The position numbers and the translations under genes are program-made. This document shows, piece after piece, positions 20,850 through 30,653 of a stretch of DNA of 64,000 nt. Each line of letters starts with the position of its first letter. Within the stretch, counting starts at the first letter, position 1. The stretch is from an uncultured Actinomycetes bacterium (GTDB lineage: Bacteria > SZUA-79 > Acidulodesulfobacterales > Acidulodesulfobacteraceae): contig CAZVZU010000001.1 of assembly GCA_964631685.1 (NCBI GenBank), positions 160,001 to 224,000 of the forward strand, given 5' to 3'. The notes under the pieces were generated by a model. That model ran no database searches and was not told the origin of the DNA. It saw nothing but the letters and a program-made list of their open reading frames with translations.

Positions 20850-22715
20850 TTGGATCCAAGACTAAAAAACCTTTTGTTATGGGTTTTTATAATTTTTTTG
20901 ATGATTTTTATCTTTACTACTTTTAATCATCATCCGACAAAAATCAAAAGTGTTATATTTTCATCTTTATTAAAAGATATAAAATCCGGTAAGGTCAAGA
21001 GTGTTGTGATAGAATCTCATAATATAAAGGGGATCTATACAAACGGTAAAAAATTCAAGACATATGCTCCTACTTATCCGGGACTCATAACTGTTCTAGA
21101 AAAACATAATGTGGCGATAGACGCCAAACCTAAGCCCGGCTCTCCATGGTATTTTACATTTTTAATAGATTGGCTTCCTATGATAATTATTCTTCTTGCA
21201 TTCTGGTATTTTTTTTGGAGACAAATGCAAGGTGGATCGGGGAAGGCCATGTCTTTTGGAAGGTCTAAGGCAAAACTGACGAGTGATTCTGCTAATAAAG
21301 TTACATTTAAGGATGTTGCGGGCATAGAAGAGTCCAAACAAGAGCTTTTAGAAATAGTAGATTTCCTAAAAGATCCAAAGAAGTATACCAAATTGGGTGG
21401 CAGGATACCACACGGAGTTTTGCTTGTGGGTGCTCCAGGGACGGGTAAAACTCTTCTCGCAAAGGCGATTTCCGGTGAAGCAGGGGTTCCTTTTTTTAGT
21501 ATAAGCGGTTCCGACTTTGTTGAGATGTTTGTTGGAGTCGGCGCTTCTAGGGTGAGAGATCTTTTTGCTCAGGGCAAGAAAAACGCTCCATGTATAGTAT
21601 TTATTGATGAAATAGATGCTGTCGGAAGGCACAGAGGGGCGGGTCTCGGCGGCGGTCACGACGAGAGAGAACAAACGTTAAACCAGCTTCTTGTCGAAAT
21701 GGACGGATTTGAATCAAACGAAGGGGTTATCTTAATCGCAGCGACAAATAGGCCGGATGTTCTTGACCCCGCGCTTTTAAGACCGGGCAGGTTTGATAGG
21801 CAGGTTATGGTTCCAAAACCTGATATTAAAGGAAGAGAAGGTATATTAGGTGTGCATGCTAAAAATATTCCATTAGATAAAGATGTTGATTTAAAAGTAA
21901 TTGCAAGAGGTACCCCTGGTTTTTCAGGTGCAGATTTAGCCAATATGATGAATGAGGCTGCCCTATTTGCTGCAAGAAAAGGCGGATCTACGGTTAAGAT
22001 GAGCGATATGGAAGAGGCAAAGGATAAGGTTATGATGGGTACAGAAAGAAGAAGTATGGTTATTAGTGAAAAAGAGAAGAAGATAACCGCATATCATGAA
22101 GCGGGACATACACTTGTTGCCAAAATGCTTCCGGGAAGCGATCCTATTCATAAGGTTACCATAATTCCCAGGGGTATGGCCATGGGTCTTACCCAGCAAC
22201 TTCCGATTGATGAAAAGCATAACTATGATAAGGAATACCTATTGAATGAGATTGCAATTTTATTGGGCGGAAGAACCGCGGAAGAAGTAATATTTCACCA
22301 GATGACTACGGGCGCGTCTAATGATATAGAAAGAGCTACAGGCATTGCGAGAAAGATGGTATGTGAATGGGGTATGGGCGATCAATTAGGACCTGTTACC
22401 TATGGAAAAAAGGAAGAACAAATATTTTTAGGCAGAGAATTTGCACAACATAAGGATTACTCCGAAGCCACTGCCATTGCCATAGACGAAGAGGTTAAGC
22501 AAATTATATATGAGAATCATAAAAAGGCAAAAGAGATTCTTGATAGAGATATTGATATCCTAAAAGATATTGCAGAGATTTTAATTGAGAAAGAATCTCT
22601 AAGTGGCAAAGAAGTAGACAAAATTATATTTACTCATAGACCTGATTATAAATTCGATGATAATAGTGATACAAAGGCCTCTGGTAACGGTGTTGATTTA
22701 AATATAGAGGATTAA
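20850..22715 (+). CDS. ftsH: ATP-dependent zinc metalloprotease FtsH
   Basis: [31 protein letters not shown]. Confidence 0.98.
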   Translation: MDPRLKNLLLWVFIIFLMIFIFTTFNHHPTKIKSVIFSSLLKDIKSGKVKSVVIESHNIKGIYTNGKKFKTYAPTYPGLITVLEKHNVAIDAKPKPGSPWYFTFLIDWLPMIIILLAFWYFFWRQMQGGSGKAMSFGRSKAKLTSDSANKVTFKDVAGIEESKQELLEIVDFLKDPKKYTKLGGRIPHGVLLVGAPGTGKTLLAKAISGEAGVPFFSISGSDFVEMFVGVGASRVRDLFAQGKKNAPCIVFIDEIDAVGRHRGAGLGGGHDEREQTLNQLLVEMDGFESNEGVILIAATNRPDVLDPALLRPGRFDRQVMVPKPDIKGREGILGVHAKNIPLDKDVDLKVIARGTPGFSGADLANMMNEAALFAARKGGSTVKMSDMEEAKDKVMMGTERRSMVISEKEKKITAYHEAGHTLVAKMLPGSDPIHKVTIIPRGMAMGLTQQLPIDEKHNYDKEYLLNEIAILLGGRTAEEVIFHQMTTGASNDIERATGIARKMVCEWGMGDQLGPVTYGKKEEQIFLGREFAQHKDYSEATAIAIDEEVKQIIYENHKKAKEILDRDIDILKDIAEILIEKESLSGKEVDKIIFTHRPDYKFDDNSDTKASGNGVDLNIED

Positions 22716-22744
22716 TTGTAAGTTTATATTACCGCTTTTAAAAT

Positions 22745-23959
22745 ATGCAAGCATACCTTGTAGATGTTTTTGACAGCCCTAATGCCGCAAACGAACTTAT
22801 AAATGTTGGCGTGTCTGCCTCCGGCGAGACTATCATGCGAGATAAGCTTAAGTTTATAGTCGTCAAGCTTAAAAATATCAACTCTATAGCTTTAAATATA
22901 CTCAAACAAGAGGCATTAAGTATCGGTGCTGAGTTAGCCAACCATAGGGATGTTATTACGGGCAAGATTGCCGTATCAGATAGTCTTCTGTTCGGTACAC
23001 CCGTTCAATTAAGAATCATAGTTAAAAAGATAAAGTTCCAAAAATTTGGGCTAGAGGAACTGTCCGACGATATAAACAATATTTTGATTTCAACCGATAA
23101 TATAACCCATAAGGTCTTAAAAACCAATAAAAAAGATATTGTCTTCAACGGAAAAACCTATATCATGGGTATACTTAATGTAACACCGGATTCTTTTTCC
23201 GATGGAGGTGATTATTTTAATAAAGATGCTGCGGTAAGGAAGGGTATAAAAATGGCGGAGGAAGGTGCCGATGTCATAGATGTTGGCGGAGAATCCACAA
23301 GGCCTGGAGCGGAAAAGGTTGATGAACAAAGTGAAATAGATAGAATATGTCCCGTGATAGAGGAATTATCAAAAATAGTCGACTTGCCGATTTCAGTAGA
23401 CACGCGAAAACCTGAGGTTGCAATAGAAGCGCTTAAAGCGGGTTCATCTATTATAAATGATGTTTCCGGCTTGAGTTATGACAAAGAGGGTATGAGTAGC
23501 GTCCTGATAGAAACTGGAGCAGCTTATATTCTCATGCATTCCCGCGAAAAATCACCGAAAGAGATGCAACGAAATTTAATGCCTTATACCGATATTCGTT
23601 ATGAGATATTGTCATATTTTAATAAAAAAATAGAATATTTAGCAAAGAAAGGGTATAGTACCGATAATATACTGATAGATCCAGGTTTTGGTTTTACAAA
23701 ATCAATTGATGATAATTATAGTATTTTATCAGACATTACATCGTTTAAATCCTTGGGATTACCTATTTTATGTGGTGTTTCCAGAAAATCATTCATTAAT
23801 ACCGTGACCGGAAAGAGAAAAAATATACTCTTAAACGGTGATATCTCTGTTGCCACATACATGAAACTAAAAAATGTGGATATGGTTAGGGTACACGATG
23901 TAAAACAAACAGCAACAGCCTTTGCCCTGCTAAATAAAATAACGAGGATATCTAATTAA
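22745..23959 (+). CDS. folP: Dihydropteroate synthase with ~130-aa N-terminal extension
   Basis: MGILNVTPDSFSDGG, GGESTRPG, DPGFGF, SRKS, RVHDV. Confidence 0.95.
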   Translation: MQAYLVDVFDSPNAANELINVGVSASGETIMRDKLKFIVVKLKNINSIALNILKQEALSIGAELANHRDVITGKIAVSDSLLFGTPVQLRIIVKKIKFQKFGLEELSDDINNILISTDNITHKVLKTNKKDIVFNGKTYIMGILNVTPDSFSDGGDYFNKDAAVRKGIKMAEEGADVIDVGGESTRPGAEKVDEQSEIDRICPVIEELSKIVDLPISVDTRKPEVAIEALKAGSSIINDVSGLSYDKEGMSSVLIETGAAYILMHSREKSPKEMQRNLMPYTDIRYEILSYFNKKIEYLAKKGYSTDNILIDPGFGFTKSIDDNYSILSDITSFKSLGLPILCGVSRKSFINTVTGKRKNILLNGDISVATYMKLKNVDMVRVHDVKQTATAFALLNKITRISN

Positions 23960-23983
23960 TTTGGAAAACACAAAAATCATATA

Positions 23984-24808
23984 ATGATTTCTCTCTTGCA
24001 AAATTTTGGCTGGTCGGATGTTCTGGATATAATAATAATTGCCTTTATTATTTACAGAGCAATAATGCTTATTAAGGGTACCGGTGCATTTCAGGTATTA
24101 GTAGGGCTTATAGTAATTTTTGGCATTTTTTTGATAGCTGTAATTCTTAAACTTCACGCAACAGAGTATATATTTGGTAATTTTTTAAGTTCTATTATTA
24201 TAGTGATTATAGTTCTATTTAGAAATGAGATACGAAGGGGTTTGATAGAGGTCGGAAAAAATCCTTTTGCCGTTGCGCAAAATAAATTAGAAAGAATCGG
24301 GCTCATAGAGGAAACTTCAAAGGCAGTTTTTGAATTAGCGTCTAGAAGAATAGGGGCAATTATAGTTTTTGAAAGAAATGTTTTTTTGGGTGATTATTTA
24401 AAAATAGGCATTAAGTTAGAATCTATAGTTTCAAAGGAGCTTTTAGTAAGCATTTTTACACCTCCATCGCCACTTCACGACGGCGCTGTTATTATTCAAA
24501 AGGGAAAAATAGCGGCAGCATCTTGTTATTTACCGTTATCAACCGAAGAGAATATAAATAAAAAATTTGGTACGCGGCATAGGGCTTCCATAGGGCTTTC
24601 TGAACTTACCGATGCACTTTCTGTTGTAATTTCCGAAGAAACGGGTAAAATTACTATTGTGCGTCCAAAAAAAATAGAAGAAATTCAAAAGAGCGATGTT
24701 TTAAGAAATAGACTTCTGACAAACTTAAATTACCAACAAGAGTATGAACAACCCTTAGTAAAAACGATATATGAACTTTTATTTGGAAAGAATGATGAGA
24801 ACCGCTAA
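23984..24808 (+). CDS. cdaA: Diadenylate cyclase CdaA/DacA
   Basis: 3 TM helices, PLHDGA, GTRHRA, SEETG. Confidence 0.93.
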   Translation: MISLLQNFGWSDVLDIIIIAFIIYRAIMLIKGTGAFQVLVGLIVIFGIFLIAVILKLHATEYIFGNFLSSIIIVIIVLFRNEIRRGLIEVGKNPFAVAQNKLERIGLIEETSKAVFELASRRIGAIIVFERNVFLGDYLKIGIKLESIVSKELLVSIFTPPSPLHDGAVIIQKGKIAAASCYLPLSTEENINKKFGTRHRASIGLSELTDALSVVISEETGKITIVRPKKIEEIQKSDVLRNRLLTNLNYQQEYEQPLVKTIYELLFGKNDENR

Positions 24809-25479
24809 TGAATAGAAATATAGAAAATTTATTTAAGAAAAATTTTTGGATAAAGCTATTTTCCTTGTGCATAGCAATTATTATTTGGGCTTATGTAATT
24901 GGGGGCAAAAAGCAGGATGTTGTCTATAATGCGGGATTAATTATCTATTCTCTTCCAAAGGGTTATGCCTTGAGCAATGTACTGCCAAGGAAAATTCATA
25001 TCAAATTGCGCGGCTCTAAAATTGCCCTGGCAAAGTTAGACAAAAAGATTGTCTTTAGAATTAACGGAAGCTCACTTCTTGGGAAAAAAAATACAGTTGT
25101 GTTAGGTAGGTCCTACTTAGATATTCCTTCGGACATAAGGATAATAACGATATATCCAAAGATAATACCTGTTACTATCAGCAGGATAGTCAGCCGTTAC
25201 CTAAAGGTGTTGCCAGTGACTATCGGAAAACTTCCGGCTGGTTATTATTTAAAAAACATAGATGTTTTTCCTCAATACGTTGAGGTTACAGGACCCAAAG
25301 ATGTAGTTAGCCACATGTCTGTTATTACTACAGAAAACATAAAATTAAATTATTATAAAAAAGGTGAATTAGTCAGGGTTGCATTAATAAAACCCACAAA
25401 ATTGGTAAAAATTTTGTATAATAAAAAAGTAAATGTCAGCTTTGCTATTGTGAAGTCAAGGAGATTAAACAGGCGATAA
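24808..25479 (+). CDS. cdaR: CdaR/YbbR-like regulator
   Basis: NFWIKLFSL..AIIIW anchor, G.LPAGY, P.YVEVTGP; between cdaA and glmM. Confidence 0.8.
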   Translation: MNRNIENLFKKNFWIKLFSLCIAIIIWAYVIGGKKQDVVYNAGLIIYSLPKGYALSNVLPRKIHIKLRGSKIALAKLDKKIVFRINGSSLLGKKNTVVLGRSYLDIPSDIRIITIYPKIIPVTISRIVSRYLKVLPVTIGKLPAGYYLKNIDVFPQYVEVTGPKDVVSHMSVITTENIKLNYYKKGELVRVALIKPTKLVKILYNKKVNVSFAIVKSRRLNRR

Positions 25480-25522
25480 TAAAATTACCATAATGCAGTT
25501 CAGAAATAAGGATAGGCATAAT

Positions 25523-26893
25523 ATGGGCAAATTATTCGGTACCGATGGTGTTCGTGGGCAGGCGAATGGATATCCGTTAATACCTGATATTGTTGTAAAA
25601 TTAGGAATGGCTTTAGTTAGAGTTTTAAACTCTAAAGGGAAAAAGCTAAAGATAATTATAGGCAAAGATACAAGGATTTCGGGTTATATGCTGGAAACAG
25701 CACTTTCGTCTGGTATCTGTTCCATGGGTTCAGATGTTTATCTGGTAGGCCCAATGCCAACTCCCGGGGTTGCCTTTATAGCGTCGAGTATGAGGGCAGA
25801 TGCGGGCGTCGTCATTTCTGCATCCCATAATCCATTTTATGATAACGGTATTAAATTTTTTGATGGCGACGGATGCAAGTTTGATGATAAGGTAGAAGAT
25901 GAAATAGAAAAGTCACTCTTTTCTTCAATGCATAATACGGAAAAAGGTGGTCCCACCGGGGTAAATATAGGTAAGGCACACAGGATAGACGATGCAGTCG
26001 GTAGATATGTTATTTTTACCAAGCTTTCTTTTCCCAAAAATCTAACCCTGAATGGAATTAAAATGGTTTTAGATTGCGCCAACGGAGCAAGCTATAAGGT
26101 CGCTCCGGAGGTATTTAGAGAACTAGGCGGAGAGATAATATTAGACAGTGTCAGTCCGAATGGTTTGAATATTAATGATAATTGCGGTTCTACATATCCT
26201 CAAAATTTAAGCGCTTTAGTTAAAAAAAATGGTGCGGATATAGGAATGGCCTTTGATGGAGACGGTGATAGGGTAATTTTTAGTGATGAAAACGGGAAGA
26301 TTCTTTTAGGAGATGAATTCCTTGCAATATGCGCCTTGCATATGCATAAAGATGGTACATTAAAAAACAACGGAATAGTAACAACGCCTATGTCTAATAT
26401 AGCATTGGAACTATTATTAAAAAAACACGGAATTAAAACCGTTTATGCCAATGTTGGAGATAGGTATATCACAGAAAAGATGTTTCAATATGAATATAAT
26501 TTAGGCGGAGAACAGTCGGGGCATATTATATTTTCGGACAACATAAATACGGGAGATGGTATAATATCTGCATTAAAACTATTAGCCGTCATGGTAAAGT
26601 CCGGTTTGACTCTTTCAGAGTTAAGAAAAGATTTTATTCCATATCCTCAGGTTCTTTTTAATATTGATGTTCCATATAAAAAAGATATAAAGGAAATGCC
26701 AAAAGTAAACAATAAAATTGCTTACTTTAACAAGGCTCTAAAAAACAAGGGAAGAGTGTTCGTGAGATATTCTGGAACACAAAACTACTTAAGGGTTCTT
26801 GTTGAGGGCACAGACCATGACGAGATAAATAAAATAGGCATGGCAATTAAAGAAGAAATTGAAAAATATTTTGAAATAAACGGCAAAGCTTAA
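25523..26893 (+). CDS. glmM: Phosphoglucosamine mutase
   Basis: LFGTDGVRG, SASHNP, DGDGDR, GGEQSGH, RYSGT; start placed at ATG 25523 (track 25493). Confidence 0.96.
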   Translation: MGKLFGTDGVRGQANGYPLIPDIVVKLGMALVRVLNSKGKKLKIIIGKDTRISGYMLETALSSGICSMGSDVYLVGPMPTPGVAFIASSMRADAGVVISASHNPFYDNGIKFFDGDGCKFDDKVEDEIEKSLFSSMHNTEKGGPTGVNIGKAHRIDDAVGRYVIFTKLSFPKNLTLNGIKMVLDCANGASYKVAPEVFRELGGEIILDSVSPNGLNINDNCGSTYPQNLSALVKKNGADIGMAFDGDGDRVIFSDENGKILLGDEFLAICALHMHKDGTLKNNGIVTTPMSNIALELLLKKHGIKTVYANVGDRYITEKMFQYEYNLGGEQSGHIIFSDNINTGDGIISALKLLAVMVKSGLTLSELRKDFIPYPQVLFNIDVPYKKDIKEMPKVNNKIAYFNKALKNKGRVFVRYSGTQNYLRVLVEGTDHDEINKIGMAIKEEIEKYFEINGKA

Positions 26894-26913
26894 TAAGGGA
26901 GAGATTATATATT

Positions 26914-27660
26914 ATGGAACTTGGCGTCAATATAGATCATATAGCAACTCTAAGAAATGCAAGGGGTGGGATTTTTCCGTCTCCCGTACACGCCGCTTTT
27001 GTTGCGCTTGAGGCAGGCGCATCCAATATAACCTGTCATCTAAGAGAGGATAGGAGGCACATAAAAGACGATGATGTAAAGATTATATCTTCTTTAACTA
27101 AAAGGCTCAATTTGGAAATGGCGGCAGAAGATGAGATAATTAATATAGCATTGGAGATTTTACCAAGAAGCGTTACCCTTGTTCCTGAAAGAAGGCAGGA
27201 GCTTACCACTGAGGGCGGACTTAATGTTTTAAAGGATATAAGAAAATATGAAGAGATAAATAAAGGATTTAAGTCTAAAGGGATCATCATATCAGCATTC
27301 ATAGACCCGAATTTAGAACAGGTTGAGGCTTCAAAAAAGGCCGGATTCGATTTTATTGAGATTCATACCGGAAGTTATGCTAATGAAGCCGGCCAGAAAG
27401 AAAAGTTGTTTGAACTTGGCAAGATAAAGGCATCTATATATTTAGCGCTAGAACTTCAATTAGGAGTGAATGCGGGACATGGGTTAGATTATAAAAACGT
27501 ATATGATATTGCATTTATTGATGGTATTTTTGAATTTAATATAGGTTTTTCCATTGTATCACATTCGCTGTTTGTCGGGTTAGAAACAGCTGTGAAAGAG
27601 ATGGTGCAAATAATAAAATCCGCCGAATTAGCAAAATTAAAAAACGTTGAAGGAATCTAA
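26914..27660 (+). CDS. pdxJ: Pyridoxine 5'-phosphate synthase
   Basis: LGVNIDHIATLRNAR, HLREDRRHI, TTEGG, NAGHGL. Confidence 0.96.
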   Translation: MELGVNIDHIATLRNARGGIFPSPVHAAFVALEAGASNITCHLREDRRHIKDDDVKIISSLTKRLNLEMAAEDEIINIALEILPRSVTLVPERRQELTTEGGLNVLKDIRKYEEINKGFKSKGIIISAFIDPNLEQVEASKKAGFDFIEIHTGSYANEAGQKEKLFELGKIKASIYLALELQLGVNAGHGLDYKNVYDIAFIDGIFEFNIGFSIVSHSLFVGLETAVKEMVQIIKSAELAKLKNVEGI

Positions 27661-27662
27661 CA

Positions 27663-28064
27663 TTGACGGAAGGGATCGGGGTAGATTTAGTTTCAATAGA
27701 AAGGATAAGGAAGGCGCTCTATTTGCGGGAAAAAAAGTTTTTAAGTAGGGTTTGTTCTGACGAGGAATATCAAATAATACAGGAAATAAAAAGCAAAAAT
27801 GTCAGAAGGTCCATCCAGAAAATAGCCGGATTTTTTGCGGCGAAGGAGGCTTTCTTAAAGGCTGTGGGCGGCGGACTTTTTTCTATACCATTTAAAAATA
27901 TATCAATTTTAAACGAAAAAAGCGGAAAGCCATATGTTAAGATTGACGGCGGACTTAAGGATCTGATTTATAAAAAATTTAAGAAAAGATTCGATGTCGT
28001 CAATTTAAGCATAACACATGAGAGCGGATTTGCTTGTGCTTTTGTGGTAATAGAAAGGCTATAA
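27663..28064 (+). CDS. acpS: Holo-ACP synthase
   Basis: GIGVDLV, FAAKEAFLKA, SGKP, SITH. Confidence 0.93.
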   Translation: MTEGIGVDLVSIERIRKALYLREKKFLSRVCSDEEYQIIQEIKSKNVRRSIQKIAGFFAAKEAFLKAVGGGLFSIPFKNISILNEKSGKPYVKIDGGLKDLIYKKFKKRFDVVNLSITHESGFACAFVVIERL

Positions 28065-28065
28065 A

Positions 28066-29664
28066 ATGAAGCTGTACTTTTCTGAAAATTTAAAAAAAAT
28101 AGACAAAGAAAGCTATGATGTTTTTGGCTATTCTGAGCGCGTATTAATGGAGAATGCCGGGGGTGGATGTTATAGGGAATTTTTAAAATTATATGATGAA
28201 GATTTTTTAAAAAAAGCAAGCATAGTCGTTATATGTGGTAAGAGTAATAACGGTGGCGATGGATTTGTTTTATCCCGGTATCTTTTTAACAATGGATTGA
28301 ATGTAAAAACCATAGTTTTATCAAATAAAGATTTATATAAAGGTGCGGCAAGAAACAACTTGGATACTTTAATACGGCTGGGTGCCGAAGTTGTAGAAAT
28401 ATCAAGTCAAACACGTTCGTCCCTATTACCGGATATTTTTGAACATGCCGATGTTTTAGTTGATGCGATCTTTGGTGTTGGGTTAAATAGAGAAATTAAA
28501 GGTTTCTTTAAAGAGGTCATAGAGCTGTTAAATAATAAAAGCGAAATGACAGACTCAGATGTAATATGCATTGATGTGCCGAGTGGTTTAAATTCAGATA
28601 ACGGAAAATTTATGGGCGTTTCAGTAAAAAATCGGATAAAACGAGTTTTTACCCTTGGAGGATCGAAGGTCGGATTTTATATCAATGAAGGGGAAAAGCT
28701 TTTATTAGATGAAAAGGTAACGTTAATAAATATAAATCAACCGGTAGTATTACTTGAGAAATATTGTTCTAAAATTGAAGTGCTGTCGGAAAGCGATGTT
28801 GTGTCCTTAATGCCAGCAAGACAACATACCGCTGTAAAATTTGACTATGGTCATTTGCTTGTTATTGCCGGTAGTTATGGAAAGAGCGGGGCGGCGTACA
28901 TGTCTTCCTTAGCTGGATTTAAGGGCGGAGCCGGTCTCGTAACAGCCGCGGTTCCCTCAAGTCTAAACAATATCATGGAAATGAAAACAACAGAGATTAT
29001 GACATATCCTGTTTTTGATGACAACGAAGGATTTTTTGTTGAAAAAAGCGCTGCGGATATAGTAAATAATGTACTAAAAGGTAAAACCGCTGTTGTAATT
29101 GGTCCGGGTATCGGTTTAAATTTGAAAACAAAACTGTTTTTACGCAGATTACTTCCGGAGATAAACGTTCCTATAATTATTGATGCGGACGCACTGAATA
29201 TCTTATCGGAAGATTTAGACATATTAAGAGATATTAAAAGTAAAAAAGATATAATATTGACCCCTCATTTTAAAGAAATGGAGAGGTTAACAGGGGTGGA
29301 TAGGAGAATTATAGCCGAAGATCCATTAAAAGCAGGATTAGAGTTTACTGAAGAGTCTGGAGCATATTTGATTCTTAAGGATTCTAGCATGTTTATTTTC
29401 AATAAAAACGCCGTAGATGTGAGCATACAGACTAAACACTCTTCTCTTATGGCAAGTGGCGGAAGCGGGGATGTTTTAAGCGGTATCATAGGGTCGTTTA
29501 TTTGCCAAGGAATGCCTTTATACGACGCGATGAAGGTTGCCTCCTACATCATTGTCTATTCAGCTAAAGATTTAAGCTTAAGGTGCGGAGATTTCGGGGT
29601 TGGAGCCGCGGAAATTGCTCGTAATATTCCTTATGCTACAAAAAAACTAAGAAATCTCAATTAA
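28066..29664 (+). CDS. nnr: Bifunctional NAD(P)H-hydrate epimerase/dehydratase (YjeF)
   Basis: LMENAG, NNGGDG, DAIFGVG, IDVPSG, GPGIG, DADAL, TPH..E, GGSGDVLSG. Confidence 0.93.
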   Translation: MKLYFSENLKKIDKESYDVFGYSERVLMENAGGGCYREFLKLYDEDFLKKASIVVICGKSNNGGDGFVLSRYLFNNGLNVKTIVLSNKDLYKGAARNNLDTLIRLGAEVVEISSQTRSSLLPDIFEHADVLVDAIFGVGLNREIKGFFKEVIELLNNKSEMTDSDVICIDVPSGLNSDNGKFMGVSVKNRIKRVFTLGGSKVGFYINEGEKLLLDEKVTLININQPVVLLEKYCSKIEVLSESDVVSLMPARQHTAVKFDYGHLLVIAGSYGKSGAAYMSSLAGFKGGAGLVTAAVPSSLNNIMEMKTTEIMTYPVFDDNEGFFVEKSAADIVNNVLKGKTAVVIGPGIGLNLKTKLFLRRLLPEINVPIIIDADALNILSEDLDILRDIKSKKDIILTPHFKEMERLTGVDRRIIAEDPLKAGLEFTEESGAYLILKDSSMFIFNKNAVDVSIQTKHSSLMASGGSGDVLSGIIGSFICQGMPLYDAMKVASYIIVYSAKDLSLRCGDFGVGAAEIARNIPYATKKLRNLN

Positions 29665-29699
29665 TAAACATTAATTTAAACATAAGAGGGGTAAAAAGA

Positions 29700-30167
29700 A
29701 TGCTTAAGGCAAAAGATATAATGGCAAAGAATGTCATTGTTGCGAATGAAGATGATGAAATAAAAAAGGCGGCGGATATATTTTTAAAGCATAAAATAAA
29801 TGCAATCCCTATAGTCGACAAAAATAAAAAATTGAAAGGAATAGTGTCTGAAACGGATCTTGTATACCAGGATGCCAATCTTCATATTCCCACAATTTTT
29901 ACCATCTTTGACAGTATTTTTTATCTGGGAGGTTTTAAGCATTTCAAGGAAGATGTAAATAAGATAACCGCAACAAAGATAAAGGATATAATGAATAAGG
30001 ATGTATTTTTTATCAAAGAAGATGAGAATATATTCAATATTGCTACGGTGATTGCAGATAAAAAGTTTTATTCTATTCCTGTTGTAAACGATGACATGGA
30101 TATTATTGGTATAGTATCAAGATATGATATTATTAAATCCATGTCATCTAAAAAGAGAGAGACATAA
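29700..30167 (+). CDS. CBS-domain pair protein
   Basis: Two CBS repeats (PIVD..L.GIVS; PVV..IIGIVS). Confidence 0.9.
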   Translation: MLKAKDIMAKNVIVANEDDEIKKAADIFLKHKINAIPIVDKNKKLKGIVSETDLVYQDANLHIPTIFTIFDSIFYLGGFKHFKEDVNKITATKIKDIMNKDVFFIKEDENIFNIATVIADKKFYSIPVVNDDMDIIGIVSRYDIIKSMSSKKRET

Positions 30168-30169
30168 AG

Positions 30170-30637
30170 GTGCCAGAGTTTCAATCTAATGCGCCCGAAG
30201 AGACCGAGATGATAGCTAGAAAATTTGCAAAGAATTTAAAGCCGTTCGATTTTGTATCCTTAACTGGACACCTAGGCGCGGGTAAGACAAAATTTACATC
30301 TGGCATTGTGAATTTTTTTTGCACAGGTATACATGGAAAGGATTATATTTTAAGTCCGACTTACGCTATCATGAACAGTTATGATTGCAGCGTCACAGTC
30401 AACCATTTTGATTTTTATCGGTTAAAGGGATATCGCGAATTAGAAGATTGCGGATTTTTTGATTCTCTTTCAAATAGTGCAATAACTGTGGCCGAATGGA
30501 CAAATAATATTGCTGTAAACTATGAAAAATATGTAGAAGGAGATTATTATAAGGTGAATATTGAGATAAAATATAACGACGTAAATAGATATATAAAAAT
30601 AGAGAAAGTTTTAAACACAAAATGCATAAAAGGATAA
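30170..30637 (+). CDS. tsaE: tRNA threonylcarbamoyladenosine biosynthesis ATPase
   Basis: GHLGAGKT, SPTY, HFDFYRL, EW. Confidence 0.92.
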   Translation: MPEFQSNAPEETEMIARKFAKNLKPFDFVSLTGHLGAGKTKFTSGIVNFFCTGIHGKDYILSPTYAIMNSYDCSVTVNHFDFYRLKGYRELEDCGFFDSLSNSAITVAEWTNNIAVNYEKYVEGDYYKVNIEIKYNDVNRYIKIEKVLNTKCIKG

Positions 30638-30653
30638 AAAAATAAATTTCATA

